This document shows positions 24,307 to 35,812 of a DNA stretch of 64,000 nt, piece after piece. Under the pieces are notes generated by a model. It had not been told where the DNA came from and did not search any database. It was given only the letters and a program-made list of their open reading frames with translations. The stretch is taken from contig OU015566.1 of assembly GCA_907165135.1 (NCBI GenBank), positions 4,402,001 to 4,466,000 on the forward strand, given 5' to 3'. The DNA comes from Oikopleura dioica. Its lineage: Eukaryota; Animalia; Chordata. The position numbers were made by a program, and so were the translations under genes. Within the stretch, counting starts at the first letter, position 1. Each line of letters opens with the position of its first letter.

Positions 24307-25977
24307 TTAGCCTTCGTTGCCGAAAATCGTGTTCAACTGCTGCGTCACGCGGATGAAAGTGGTTCGCTTCGAGAGCTCTTTCAACTTTCCTGCTCCAACA
24401 TATCTGAAGAAAAAATGAAGGAAAATGAAAGAAAAAGGCGTGAAAGAGCTTCTCTCAAGATATACTCACGTGCAAGTAGAGCGAACTCCGCCAAGAATAT
24501 CCCTGATCGTGTTGTTCAAGTCGCCTCTGTAAGGAATCTTGACAGTCTTTCCTTCCGACGCTCTGTAGTTAGCAACGCCGCCTGAGTGCTTTTCCATCGC
24601 GGTGGAAGAAGACATTCCGTAGAACAGCTTGAACTTCTTGCCGTTTTCTTCAACAACGTCGCCTCCAGACTGATCGTGACCAGCGAACATGCCTCCTGCC
24701 ATGACAAAATCGGCGCCAGCGCTAGAAAAAACGGTTTCGAGCGGCTCTAACTGTTGTTTTTCCTTACCCGAAAGCCTTGGAAAAGTCACCAGGGCAAGTG
24801 CATCCTCCGTCGGAAATGATGTGGCCGCCGAGACCGTGGGCAGCATCGGCACACTCAAGAACGGCAGAAAGTTGGGGGTAGCCGACGCCTGTCTTCTTTC
24901 GGGTTGTGCAGACCGATCCTTAAATCATTTGGGTAGAGGGCAGGGGGTAAACTTGTTTGTCTTACCTGGTCCAATTCCGACTTTGATGATATCCGCTCCA
25001 GAGAGGATCAATTCTTCGACCATTTCCCCAGTCACGACGTTTCCAGCGATGATCGTCTTGTCCTCGAAATTCTGTCTCACTTTTCTGACGTAGTGAACAA
25101 AGTGTTCCGAATATCTAAGTCCTTGTTAGTCGCGAAATCAAGTAACCAAACAATTACCCGTTGGCAACGTCGATGCAAATGAAGTTGACTTCGGGAATCG
25201 CTTTCAAAATTGCACTCATCTTCTCGAAATCGTTATCGGAGGTGCCGGAGCTGACGGCGACGTTCTTGATGACTTCTGGGTTGTTTCTCGCGAAAAGCTC
25301 CCACTGTTCCACGCTAGAAAGAAAGTTGTAGAGCAGTCGGTGGTTAACTGTGACTTACGTGTAGTGCTTGTGCATACAGACGAAGAGGCTGTGCTCATGG
25401 AAGGCCTTGGCGATTTCGAATGTACCAGTTGTGTCCATGTTGGCGGCCATGATCGGAACACCTTTGTAGGAGCGCTTCGAGTTTCGGAAGGTGTACTCGC
25501 GCTCGAGAACGACCTGAAAAAGGGGTTGGTAAGGGCTTGAATGGAAGCAAGTTGCGAATCAAAGCTCAATTCAATAAAAACACAAATTTTATGTTTGAAA
25601 AATAAAAACCCCACTAAAAAGAAGACGATTACCTCAGATCTTGATCTCAACGAAGACCGTTTCGGTCGGAAGAGAACATCTTTAAAATCAAGTTTTACAT
25701 CCGCGTCAATAAACGGCATCTTTTTATCTCTTTAGAGAAATTTTTTGAATGGAAAAAAATAGCGCGCGTGCGTGATCGATGATTAGCCAAGGTGACAATG
25801 ACAACCAGGGCATCTCACTTTTCAGCAAAAAGCGCAGAAAAGGATTTCTTTAGCGTCTCCTAATTGTCGAATTATGCCAATGAAAAGTACCTCTGATCGG
25901 GATTTTAAGGTGCTCCTCTTTGGTCGGAAAAGAACATCTTTGAAGTCGAGTTTCACTTCTGAGTCGATACGAGGCAT
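24307..25977 (-). CDS. GMPR: GMP reductase with two duplicated first coding exons
   Basis: [86 protein letters not shown]. All introns are GT-AG. Confidence 0.97.
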
Positions 25978-26018
25978 TGTCTATCTAGGATAAGTTAAGG
26001 GACCTTGATGTGTTGAGT

Positions 26019-26122
26019 CTGGCTCGCCAAACTGTGTGGAAACCTGTGTCAGGGTCTGAAATATCTCTTGCGAAGCCGTTTTTAGACCCTGACTCAGGTT
26101 TTCAAGACTGATTTGCCGAGCT
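26019..26122. mobile_element. Short degenerate copy of the C(A/T)GGGCTCGG-TIR MITE
   Basis: CTGGCTCGCCAAACTGTG ... CCTGACTCAGGTTTT ... TTTGCCGAGCT. Confidence 0.6.
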
Positions 26123-26486
26123 TATTGTCGAATAGAATATGTAGAAGTCGAGTTATTGAAATATATTGCACAGTGAGCTTATTTATAATCGTTTATAATA
26201 TATAAATATTCAACTAGTAGAACATCGAAACAGGAAGTTCTGATGATTGGAAAGAGGGTAATACAGAAATATAAAAGATAAATGCAGAATAAAGGCAGGA
26301 AAAAGAATTCTAGGAACAAAAGAAGGCCTTAGCTGTGCACTCGTGGTAAAACGATGTGATTTTCTTCTGCTGGAGCTTCGACTGGAGCTAAAATCAGCCA
26401 ATTTAGGCGACGAAAAAATCAGACAATACCGAAAAATCGCATAAAAAAACACCTTTTTTCTCACCGGTTAAAAATATACACCAATC

Positions 26487-27995
26487 TTAACCTTCCGCTC
26501 CCTCAGGAGCTTGAACTTCTGGAACTTGAGCTGGTTCTTCAGCAGCTGCTTGGACGGGAGATGCGACTCTTGGCAGCTGATGCAGGACTTCTTCCACATG
26601 TTCTTCTCTAGCAGCTTCTTCCGCATCGACGACCGGAGCTTCTACAGGAGCTTCGGGAGCTTCCACAGCTTCTGGAGCGTCCTGGACTTGTTCTTGTGCG
26701 ACGAGTTCGGGCTCGGCGACTTCTTTGCTTTCTTCGACGGATTCTACAGCTTGAGGCTCTACTGGTTCTGGAACTGAAAATAAAAGAATGAAGTTATTGT
26801 TAAAGAAGGGTTTAATTTCCTGTTTTTCGTATCTCAGCGCCAGAATAAACAAAAACAATTGAGAACGTTTTTTACGGCCACTCAAAGTCCTTACCTTCAG
26901 GAACAACTGGATTTTCAACAGCTGGAGCTTCATCAACAATTGGCGCAACTTCTTCAACCTCGACTGGATTTTCTGGCACCACTGGCTGTTGCTGAATTTC
27001 TACCGGAGGCTGAACTGGAGGAACGAAGCCGGAAGGATTGAGAGGCGCTTCGAAGAAGTACATTTTGAAGCCGACTGAGAGGCCCAAATTGGCGACGACG
27101 GCCAAAGCTAGAACAGCGTATGCTTTTTGCTTGTTCGTGACGGCCTAAAAAGGGATGAAGAAAGAATGGTATGACATGAAGGCTCTTACCTTGAGCCCGT
27201 TGTAAATTGGAAGCCCAACGACAGCTCCAGAAACGACTGAGGCGAAAATGACGAGAAGCCATCTGATGAACTCGACGGGAATGATCCAGAAAAAGCTGAT
27301 TGGGATGAAAATTGAAAGAGAGTAGCCGTACGCAGTGAGCAGCTCGACAGCAGAGAAACCAGTCATGATCTTTGAATAGTACATCACAACTGAAAAGAAA
27401 AGCTATCTTTTGATAAATAGAAAAGCGTACCCGAAAGAAACATGGGAAAAACAAAGACATATCCGAAAATAGCAGATGCAGCGGAAGTGACTCTTTCGAA
27501 TTCTGGCGCGTAGACATAAGCCTGAATCGAATTTCTAGAGCGGGAAAGACCCTTGAAAGACTTACAGGATCTCCTTTATTCTGAACAAAATTCGCCAGGT
27601 TTCCGCAAATCGCCGTGGAAAAGCAGAGAGTGACGGCGACCCAGAAAGGGCCGTAAAGATCTGGCTTCCCGCGCAGGTTCTTGAGGAAGTCTTCTCGCGG
27701 CATCATCGCGGATTTTACTCGTAAGCGGACTTCGTTTGTCGTCACGTCCCAACATTTTTGGTAGAAACTGATTGAGAATAAAGAAGGATAGGTTTTCTTT
27801 GATGGTTGAGCTCCGGGCATATTTTGGAATCGAGAATTGAAATGAGAAAATAATGAGTAAGGATTTCTCTTAATAAAGAATATAAGCATGCACTTTTCGA
27901 TCCCGAAGCAATAAAGGTTCGTTTCCACTACCACTGTCCATCAAATTCGAATCTTCTCCTACGTCTTCGAAGGAACCTTCCCAACTTTGACTCAT
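26487..27995 (-). CDS. YIPF1: Yip1-domain Golgi protein (YIPF1/YIPF2-like) with a long acidic Pro/Glu/Val/Ala C-terminal extension
   Basis: FSISFYQKCWDV, PDLYGPFWVAVTL, YGYSLSIFIP and GFKMYFF, followed in frame by APLNPSGFVPPVQPPVE... to a stop at 26487. Confidence 0.88.
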
Positions 27996-28311
27996 TTTCG
28001 TATTCTTCCCTTTTTCCTCTGAGTGCCGGTCTTTGCCTTTCGGTGGAGCCAAGAGTCAGCGCGCAGCCAATCAGCGCCGCGCTCCGCCGTTGATTTTCCC
28101 TCGCTTTGGGTTGACCGATTCTAGAACTGAATTTTCAATGTCGACTATTAGTTAAATCTGACATTGAAAAGGATGATTATGGCGTTTCTAGAATTAGTAT
28201 TGATGCCATTTTTGTTGATTGAAAATTCATCAGTTTTGCTTTTTCATTTTCAAGTGCAGGTACCAACATTAATTTTTTGAAAATGCATGATTTTCAATCA
28301 TTAACAGCAGG

Positions 28312-29371
28312 ATGCAGCCAAACCAGGGAGAAGTGGATGCTTGGGGAAACCCAGTTGATGCTTATGGACAGCCAGTTGCCCCCGCTCAGCCACAGGTAGA
28401 TGCATTCGGCCAACCCCTCGCCCAGCAAGCTCCCGCTCAGCCTCAAGTCGACGCCTATGGCCAGCCGGTAGCTGCGGCTCCTGCTGCCCCAGCGCCAGTG
28501 ATCATCAACATCCAGCAAAACTGGGCTCCAGCTCCCCAAGGCGTTCCAAGCTCCGTTCCTCAGGGACTCGAGTACCTCTACTTCGTCGACAGCCTTTATG
28601 TCAAACAGCAAATGGAGTTGTTCGAAGCTTTCACTGCTTTTGAAACATCAAACAGATACAAGGTCAGTTTCGATTTTTAATAGAAAAATGTTCAATTTCA
28701 AAAGGTTTTGAACAGCAATGGCCAACAAGTCTACTTTGCTGGAGAACAGAGTGGATGCGTCGCGAAATGTTGCTGCGGACCAAATCGAGATTTTTAAATG
28801 GCGATTACTGACAATCTTGGGCAAGAAATTGCGAGATTTCAGCGGCCATTCAAGCCTACCTGCAGATTTGGCCTCTGCTACCCTCCATGCTTTCTTCAGG
28901 AAATGGGTAAGCAATTTACCCATCATCTAAGTTTGTTCTCATTGTTGATTTCAGATGTGACAACAGGCGGCCACATTGTCGGTAAAATCCGCCAAAAGGC
29001 TGACTGCTCTCGACCAGTCTTCTCGATCCAAAACGCGTACGACCAAGAAGTCCTCCGAATCGTTGGTCCCATGGTCACCATCAACTGTTGCAGCAACGTC
29101 GAGTTTGAAGTCGTCACAGCAGACGACATTGTTGTCGGAAAGGTTTCAAAACTTTGGAGCGGCATGGCGCAGGAAATGTTTACCGACTCGGACAATTTTG
29201 GAATCAACTTCCCGATCGATTTGGATGTCAATATCAAATTGACGCTCATGGCCAGCGTTTTCCTCATCGTAAGTTTCAATCGACTGAAAATACGAAACCC
29301 TTTTGTGCTAATTTCAATTTCAGGATTTCATGTTCTTCGAAGATAAGGCACGAACTAAAATAGGGAAGTAA
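28312..29371 (+). CDS. PLSCR: Phospholipid scramblase; last exon interrupted by a MITE
   Basis: Pro/Gln-rich N-terminus with VDAYGQP repeats, PQGLEYL, FETSNRY, CCGPNRDF, VGKVSKLWSG, FTDSDNFGINFPIDLDV and IDFMFFE. Confidence 0.93.
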
Positions 29372-29700
29372 TAAGCTAGGAAGTGACAGCGTAGGAGCGA
29401 ACAAGAAAGTATCATACACGAAAGGATCAAATAAGAAAGTATCATACATGAAAGTATCAAATTAAATAGGATCATGCATTAAAGGATCGAATTTTTTGGA
29501 ACCAATAAGATTGCCGTATAAGGCCTACCGGCCTATAAGAAACCCATCCTCAATCATTTTCAAATGTATGCCCGATCCAATCTTGCACGATACTGGCTTG
29601 GATCTTCCATTATAATTTGATCCTTTCGTGTATGATACTTTCTTGTTCGCTCCTACGCTGTCACTTCCTAGCTTATTACTTCCTTATTTTGGTTCGGCCC
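29347..29700. mobile_element. MITE with GG termini and an 8-bp TSD (Merlin-like)
   Basis: TSD GAAGATAA at 29339-29346 and 29701-29708, with near-perfect approximately 88-bp TIRs. Confidence 0.9.
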
Positions 29701-29899
29701 GAAGATAACAACAACAAAGATGGCGGCGGAAACAATCTCCTTTGCTGCCTTCTTAAAACGATTCTTGGAGGAGGAGAATAAACTGTTTGAATTTCCTGTT
29801 CAAGATGTCTGAAAGAATACACAACTTATATTTTTACAAAATTCGTCTTTATTTATGAAAAAGAAAGTGGCTAGGAAGGAACAAAATTTTAAATTGGAA

Positions 29900-30144
29900 A
29901 TCAAAATGCAGAAAAACTTCAAGCAGAAATTTTGTTTTTGTGAGCTCTGAAAGCCATCATTTTTCGGCAGCGAGGATTTGAAATACAGTAGCGCATCCTG
30001 TAGTCTACAAAAAGCATTCAAAATTATCTTTAAACGAGAGAGACTTACTCGTAATCGGGTTTGAAAATGCTTTTTCGCGCGATTTTGCGGAGAATCGCCA
30101 AAAATGCACGCAAAAAGAGTGAAAACAACGAGGACTCTCATCAT
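29900..30144 (-). CDS. Possible small secreted peptide or protein
   Basis: MMRVLVVFTLFACIFG signal-like N-terminus and a GTAAGT donor after QTRLR. The downstream exon is ambiguous. Confidence 0.3.
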
Positions 30145-30796
30145 CAATCGTCTCAAACGGTCTCCTCGAGCTTTTTATATTAAGTAAAATGATGAAAAAT
30201 GCATGAGAAATTGTCAAATACTATTGAGATAATGGATGTGTGCAGAGCTATGTCATTAATACTGTATATTCCTATCAAATGAAATGGAGCAATCAGAAAA
30301 AAAAAATGAAGAAAAAAGACCTTAAATTTTCATCTTTTTTAACTCTTTTTTGAAAAAGTTAAAAATATAAATTATTCTCAAAAGTTGCCAAAATCAATGT
30401 TCCTGTCAAATGGGCATTAATTTCTCGCGCGTCCGTTAAACTTTACAAGTTCAAGGTTCGTCCAGCTGCTGCCAAGCCATCATATCGATAGTATCGGATT
30501 TAGAAAGTGATGGATCATCCCATTAGCCTAATTCGTCACAAGCAGGGAAACAAAGATTAATTTCCACGAATTTGCAAATTTGCATTTCAATTATTAACTA
30601 AAAAAGGGACCGTCATTAGTCAAGTCTTCTCAAATGGTAAGAAATTATAATTAACATGCGTTGGGTTAGAATTTGCGATTAATTTCTTTAAATTTTTACA
30701 AAAATAAGGAATTTCCCCATTTTCACAGTTCGAAAACTCGTTTCAACTTGGTCTCTACTATCTTCAAAAGTTGGTTTCTAACTGAAACACTTCACG

Positions 30797-31406
30797 ATGG
30801 CGAAATTGATAACGGAATTTTCATCGGGTGATTCTCTCCACTCCTCATTTGATTTTCGAAAAAGGAGTTTTCAAACTGATTTTATTTAAAAAAATAGAGA
30901 TTTGCGAGAGAGAGAAAAGGCAACTGTTAATGACTTGAAGCCCTTTTTTATTTTTTAGCCCATTTTATTTTTGTAATTTTAGACATGAAGCAAATGATTA
31001 TGAATTTGGACATTCTCGAGCTTTTTCTTGATCTAAGTGGAGCGGCCATCGTCTGGTTTATCGCCAAAATGCAAGAATTTATTTTTTTTAGCAGCCGAAA
31101 ATGATTTTTTAGGTTCTATGAATTTCGACACTCGTCTAAAATCAAAGAACTCAAATTGAAGTTTGAACTCGACATCGTGGAAGCGGATTACAAGCAGGCG
31201 AAACATATGCAAGACTTTTACCGCGAACAATACGAGTAAGTTTAAATCTTCTCAATCAAATTAACATTAGATAACTACTAAAATAACTGTTCTTCAGCAA
31301 ACTGTTCGAAAGAAAAATGGCGCCCGCAGAGCCTCCGCGCCGATACCAACGATTGGAAACCGTCAGTTTTGGCGACCTCGGCCAGCCTCGTGACGCTGGA
31401 GACTAG
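30797..31406 (+). CDS. Small single-pass membrane protein with a coiled-coil tail (4 exons), unknown
   Basis: MAKLITEFSS|DMKQMIMNLDILELFLDLSGAAIVWFIAKM|FYEFRHSSKIKELKLKFELD...EQYD|KLFERK...DAGD-stop. Intron 2 must be GC-AG. Confidence 0.6.
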
Positions 31407-31697
31407 GGTAGGCCAAGAAAAAAGTGAAGTCTCATTTCAGCGAATTTTATTGCAGTTTCTGATAGATCTCTGACTTTGAGTCATTTGTACTCGAATAAAA
31501 GATTACTTATCAAATCATGATTTGATTCAAACTTCCATTTTCGGTTTATTTAGCAAAGTCAGGAATAAGCAAGCAAAAAGCAGCATAATCCTCAAAATAG
31601 ATCTCCACTCTCAATGTCCGTTAGCTTCCGAATCTCTTCTTCTATTTAAATGTTTTGTTGAATGAGCATTTGCCGATTGAAATCCCGTTTTCGACGG

Positions 31698-31713
31698 AGG
31701 TTGCCGAGCCCTG
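31698..31713. repeat. Solo TIR of the CAGGGCTCGGCAACC family
   Basis: AGGTTGCCGAGCCCTG; no partner end found. Confidence 0.55.
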
Positions 31714-32157
31714 ATTCCTTCCGTAGGATTTTTTTTTTCTAGAACTCAACTCTACGATTAAAAGTAAGCTCGAAAATAAGAAGAGCCGTTTCCGCAAACT
31801 CAGAATTCAATTTTCACCAAAACGCGTCAAATTCAAATATCGCTTCCTTTCGATTTTCTCTTTCGCGAGCAAATCTGGCGCTAATCGCAATCGCAAAAAC
31901 CTGATCGGCAAGAGATTTTCTAATTAGCTTTTTTTAACCTAACCAGTCTTCATTCGATTTTCGCTGATTCATTTCATCATTTCTCGTTGATTTTCAAGAA
32001 AAGAGAAATAATCGCGACTTTTTTTTCGAGAATTGAAGTTTTTAGCAATCGAGAAATCAAGAAAAAAAGATAGAAAAAAATTGAGAAAAAAAGAGAAAGT
32101 GAGAAAAAAAGAAGATGATTCATCGGTTTTTTGATAGAAAGGTTCGAATACGTCATT

Positions 32158-32290
32158 TTTCTGAGGTAAAACCTGTGTATAAACCTGACTAAGGCATGTT
32201 TCCTGTTTTGAGCGACCCTGAGTCTCAGGTCAGGGCCCTGAAAACAGGAAACAGGTCCTTAATAAGGTTTTTAGACAGGTTTTTCTTCAG
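32158..32290. repeat. Approximately 130-bp palindromic MITE-like hairpin
   Basis: aaaacctgtgtataaacct...tgtttcctgtttt / aaaacaggaaaca...aggtttttagacaggtttt around a central ccctgagtctcagg. Confidence 0.7.
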
Positions 32291-32829
32291 ATTTAAATGG
32301 TTTTCAAGCTAAAATTAGGGTTGAATCCGGAGAAAAGCTGCTTTAAGCTGTTTATTGTTGAGAGAAAAAACAGTATCGGTGGATTTTCGCGGCCATTTAG
32401 CGTTGCAATTAATTTTTTATTTCGATTTTGTATCTTTTTTATGTGACAAACGGAAAAATGTCATTTCGTCTAAGTGCCATATTTGAGGCGTGTGCCCGAA
32501 TTCTCTCGGGCGCCAAAAAAGAGCGGCACCTGTCCATTCCGCGCAATCGCTTTTTTAATGAAATAAAGTGAAAACATATGTTTTCGAAATGACGATATCG
32601 AAAATAAGAGAAAAGTAATGACAAGATTGAAGATTTGTTTATTCCTGTTTTCTGTGTATAATTCCTTTTGAAAGAGTTAATTTTTGCGACGACTCTTTCA
32701 TCTTCTAAGCTCCTGAGTCAGGAGTCCTGATTTCTTATCAAGACCTGACTCAGGAGCGAATTTTTCAGTTCAGAAGAGAAAATGAAGTTTCTTTCCCTTC
32801 ATTCTCTTCTCTGACTCAGGAATCCTGAG

Positions 32830-32988
32830 CTGGGCTCGGCAACCTATGTCGAAAAACTGAGTCAGATTCTAAATAGCAAAAATGATAAGCCGCCCGAAGC
32901 GGCCTCGTTCTCAATTTAGCCGCCATGCGGCTTTTCATTTTAGCGCTAAGGACCTGACTCAGGTTTTCTCACAGGTCGCCGAGCCCAA
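32830..32988. mobile_element. C(A/T)GGGCTCGG-TIR MITE with an 8-bp TSD
   Basis: TSD ATCCTGAG / ATCCTCAG (7/8). Preceded by a cluster of CTGACTCAGG motifs (32712-32821). Confidence 0.82.
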
Positions 32989-33315
32989 ATCCTCAGGTGT
33001 AATACTGTATTTATGCAGCGAGCCGTCACTTGTTTCGGTACTCATCTTTGTCCATCCCATTACTCGCCATTAGTTTCGCTAGTAACAAATCAATGCATTA
33101 GCATAATCATCAAACTGAATAATTGATCAAGTGCGGGGTCGCTTGTTTAATTCTTTCTTTATTCCGTTAGTCAAACTTTATTATCGACGGATTTCGCGTC
33201 GCCCTGTTCAATGTCTTTCTGCGACTAATGAAGATCATCTCTCCGCTGATCCATTTTCTTTTCTGTTTCGTTCACTCACCTTTTCAACCCTTTTAGAATG
33301 AAAAAATAAGAGACA

Positions 33316-35512
33316 ATGATCCTCTTCCTTGCTCGGATCTTCCTTTTGACCTCGTCAGCTCTCGCGGTGGATTTTACAGTAACGATCGAAAATGACTTCA
33401 CGATTCCCTGCCCAATCGCTCAACTGCCCTGCTCAGGAATAGATTAAACCCTCTTTTCAACCCTTTTTTCTTAAAGAAAGACTTGTTTAATCAATCAAAA
33501 CAGAATCGGAATGCGAGAAGATCCAGATTATCGTCAAAATCAACGAAAACAAAATCTTCGAAAAGGAGAAAGCTGTCAGGGACAGGGCTCGACAACCTGT
33601 GTTTAAATCTGAGTAAGGGTCCTGACTCAGGGTCTGAAAAGAAGGCGGTTCTTCTGGCAAAGCCGCTTCCTTTTTGATAAACTGCTGCTTTTTCTTAGAG
33701 TCTATTTCAGGACCCTTACTCAGGTTTTAACACAGCTTGCCGAGCCCAGATCAGGAATGGACAGATTCTGTCCGATTACGAGATAAATCCTAAGAGCGAG
33801 AAATTCGAGTGGAACTGGGAAGCTGGCGGGTTGACCCTGAAAAATACAAGTATCAAAGATAGCGGAAAATTCACCTGCCATATCAAGTAAGAACAAAATT
33901 TGGGAAAAAAATATCTGAAAAATTCCAAAAGAGTTCGAAAAAACATCATTACCGACGACAGTACGGACTTCTCGACGTACACGACCCTGACCGTCCAGAA
34001 AAAGCCCCTTCTCATCAAGGCAGAGCTGCACCAGAGCTACATCGAAGCAACCGAAGACTCAGGGTTGAAGACGATTGCCTCTTGTGTTTACGATCCTGGA
34101 AAACCTGAAGCGATAGTACGATGGGTGAATGGACTGAACGGAGCTGCACTACAGCAGAACTTTTTCAAAACCTCCATTACCAGGTAAAAAGACAGTTTTA
34201 GTCTTTTAGTAAGCTAGATTTTTCATTCAGATTGGAAAATCAATACACTCAAGAGCTGCAAATGATCCCCGACAAAAAGTTCAACAACGCGTACATTAAG
34301 TGTTCCCTCTCTCATCCCCTGTTGACGGACGAAAGCGAATCGATGAAGTTGAATGTCACCTACAAACCCGCCAAGCCCAATATTGTCCAGAACGGGGATC
34401 GCTTATTCTGCGCTGCTGAGGTAAGAGTTGGTCTTTTGGATCTGCTACATGCGGACAGGTAGATTATCTACCGTAGATATTCGGAAGAGCTCATTTTGTG
34501 TTCAGGGAAATCCAATGCCGACGATTTCTTGGGAAGTTGAATCCGAAGATGACGATGTAGTGACGACGATTGCCGAGACAAATGTCAAGATTCGCTTTCT
34601 TGGAGCTCGAAACTTGAATTATACTTGCAAAGGAAAGGTTGAAAAAGAAGAAAAACGACGTTCAGTCAGTCGAATTTAGTTCAAAAGCAATTCTTTTTCA
34701 ATCCTGAGAAGCCGCGAACTTTATGGGAACTTCTGAGAGCACCATTTCGAATCTATCGATAGCAACTGTTGCTGAAATCCGCGAGAAATATACAGTCTTT
34801 GCTGGTATTATCATCGGAGCTGTCTCTCTTATTTTCATTATCGGAATCGTCGTTTGCCACTTTGCCTGGAAGTCGACGAAGGAAAAAGATGAAAATGAAT
34901 CTGGATGGTAAGAAAAGCAACTTTTGTGTTTCATTAGCGAGTTTTTCAAGGTCCGAGCCTTTGCAAATCACAATGACAGGCGGTCATTCGCATTCTGGCG
35001 CTGGTGATACTGGCGACTTCATCTACCGAGTTCCCGTTCCTCAAGAAAACAACTCCAAGCTCATGGACTACTACACTGCCACTGACAGCGGAACCGACTC
35101 GCACTCGATTGAGCCTGACGACTTTGAATCCTCTTTTGTTCGATCGGAGTCGATTCTTCAGGTAAAAAAAAAGAAATCAAGGACTATCTGAAGATTTCTA
35201 GGCATATCATTTGACTATGCCGATTTGGCGAGTTCCTAAAGCTGATAAACTTGAGGTTACTTTTGTGGCGTAGTATTTGTTGTTAATATTTGTGAATTTT
35301 GAATTCGAAAAAGATCTTTATTTTGAGAATAACTGTCAGTTTTAGGGTCAACAACGCGAGAACGCGAGAGGTCAGCATTTCCAACCGCGATTCAAATAGT
35401 AAGTGATCCCTTCCACTTCCTTTGTCAACCCTTTATCCTTAGTCACGAGGGCTATCACAGCGAGCACGACCTGCTAAATTCATCCACCGAACAGCCCTCC
35501 CAAGTTGTCTAA
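33316..35512 (+). CDS. Immunoglobulin-superfamily type-I membrane protein (nectin/CADM-like architecture, 3 Ig domains)
   Basis: Signal peptide, LTLKNTSIKDSGKFTC, SCVYDPGKPEAIVRW, KCSLSHPLL, CAAEGNPMPTISW...YTCKG, TM FAGIIIGAVSLIFIIGIVVCHFAW, and a multi-exon cytoplasmic tail. Intron 1 (33437-33503) is GA-AG. Confidence 0.85.
33583..33749. mobile_element. hAT-like MITE that constitutes intron 2 of the Ig gene
   Basis: TIR CAGGGCTCGACAACCTGTGTT / AACACAGCTTGCCGAGCCCAG (18/21), TSD GTCAGGGA / ATCAGGAA (6/8). Intron 33575-33749 equals the element plus one TSD. Confidence 0.88.
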
Positions 35513-35637
35513 AGCTGCCGTTTCATCCCCTTTCCCTTCCACCTGTTAACTGAGAAACAATATATTAAAACTCTATTTATTCAAAATAGCGATTGAACAG
35601 GAGCAAAATCCCAAGGCCCTCTCACTCGAGCTCATTT

Positions 35638-35686
35638 TTTCCTCAAAGCAACTTCCAATTGTTGGTTTTGGTCGCTAAGAATCATT
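35638..35686 (-). promoter_or_regulatory. Candidate form-2 SECIS element in the GPx 3' UTR
   Basis: The minus strand reads AUGAU-UCUUAGCGAC-C-AAA-A-CCAA(caa)UUGG-AA-GUUGCUUUGAG-GA: UGA/GA quartet, helix II, unpaired AAA and an apical mini-stem. It lies downstream of the stop (35813) and upstream of AATAAA (about 35578). Helix I is weak; folded by eye. Confidence 0.65.
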
Positions 35687-35812
35687 CTATCCAGCTTGGC
35701 AAGTGAGAGAGCGCCTTAAGATCCGAGAAGGAAACTTTTCGCGTTAATCCAGCTACAAATTGTTGCAAAATTATTTCATCCCCGGGCTCCGATTCAACTT
35801 CTGCTTGAAGGT

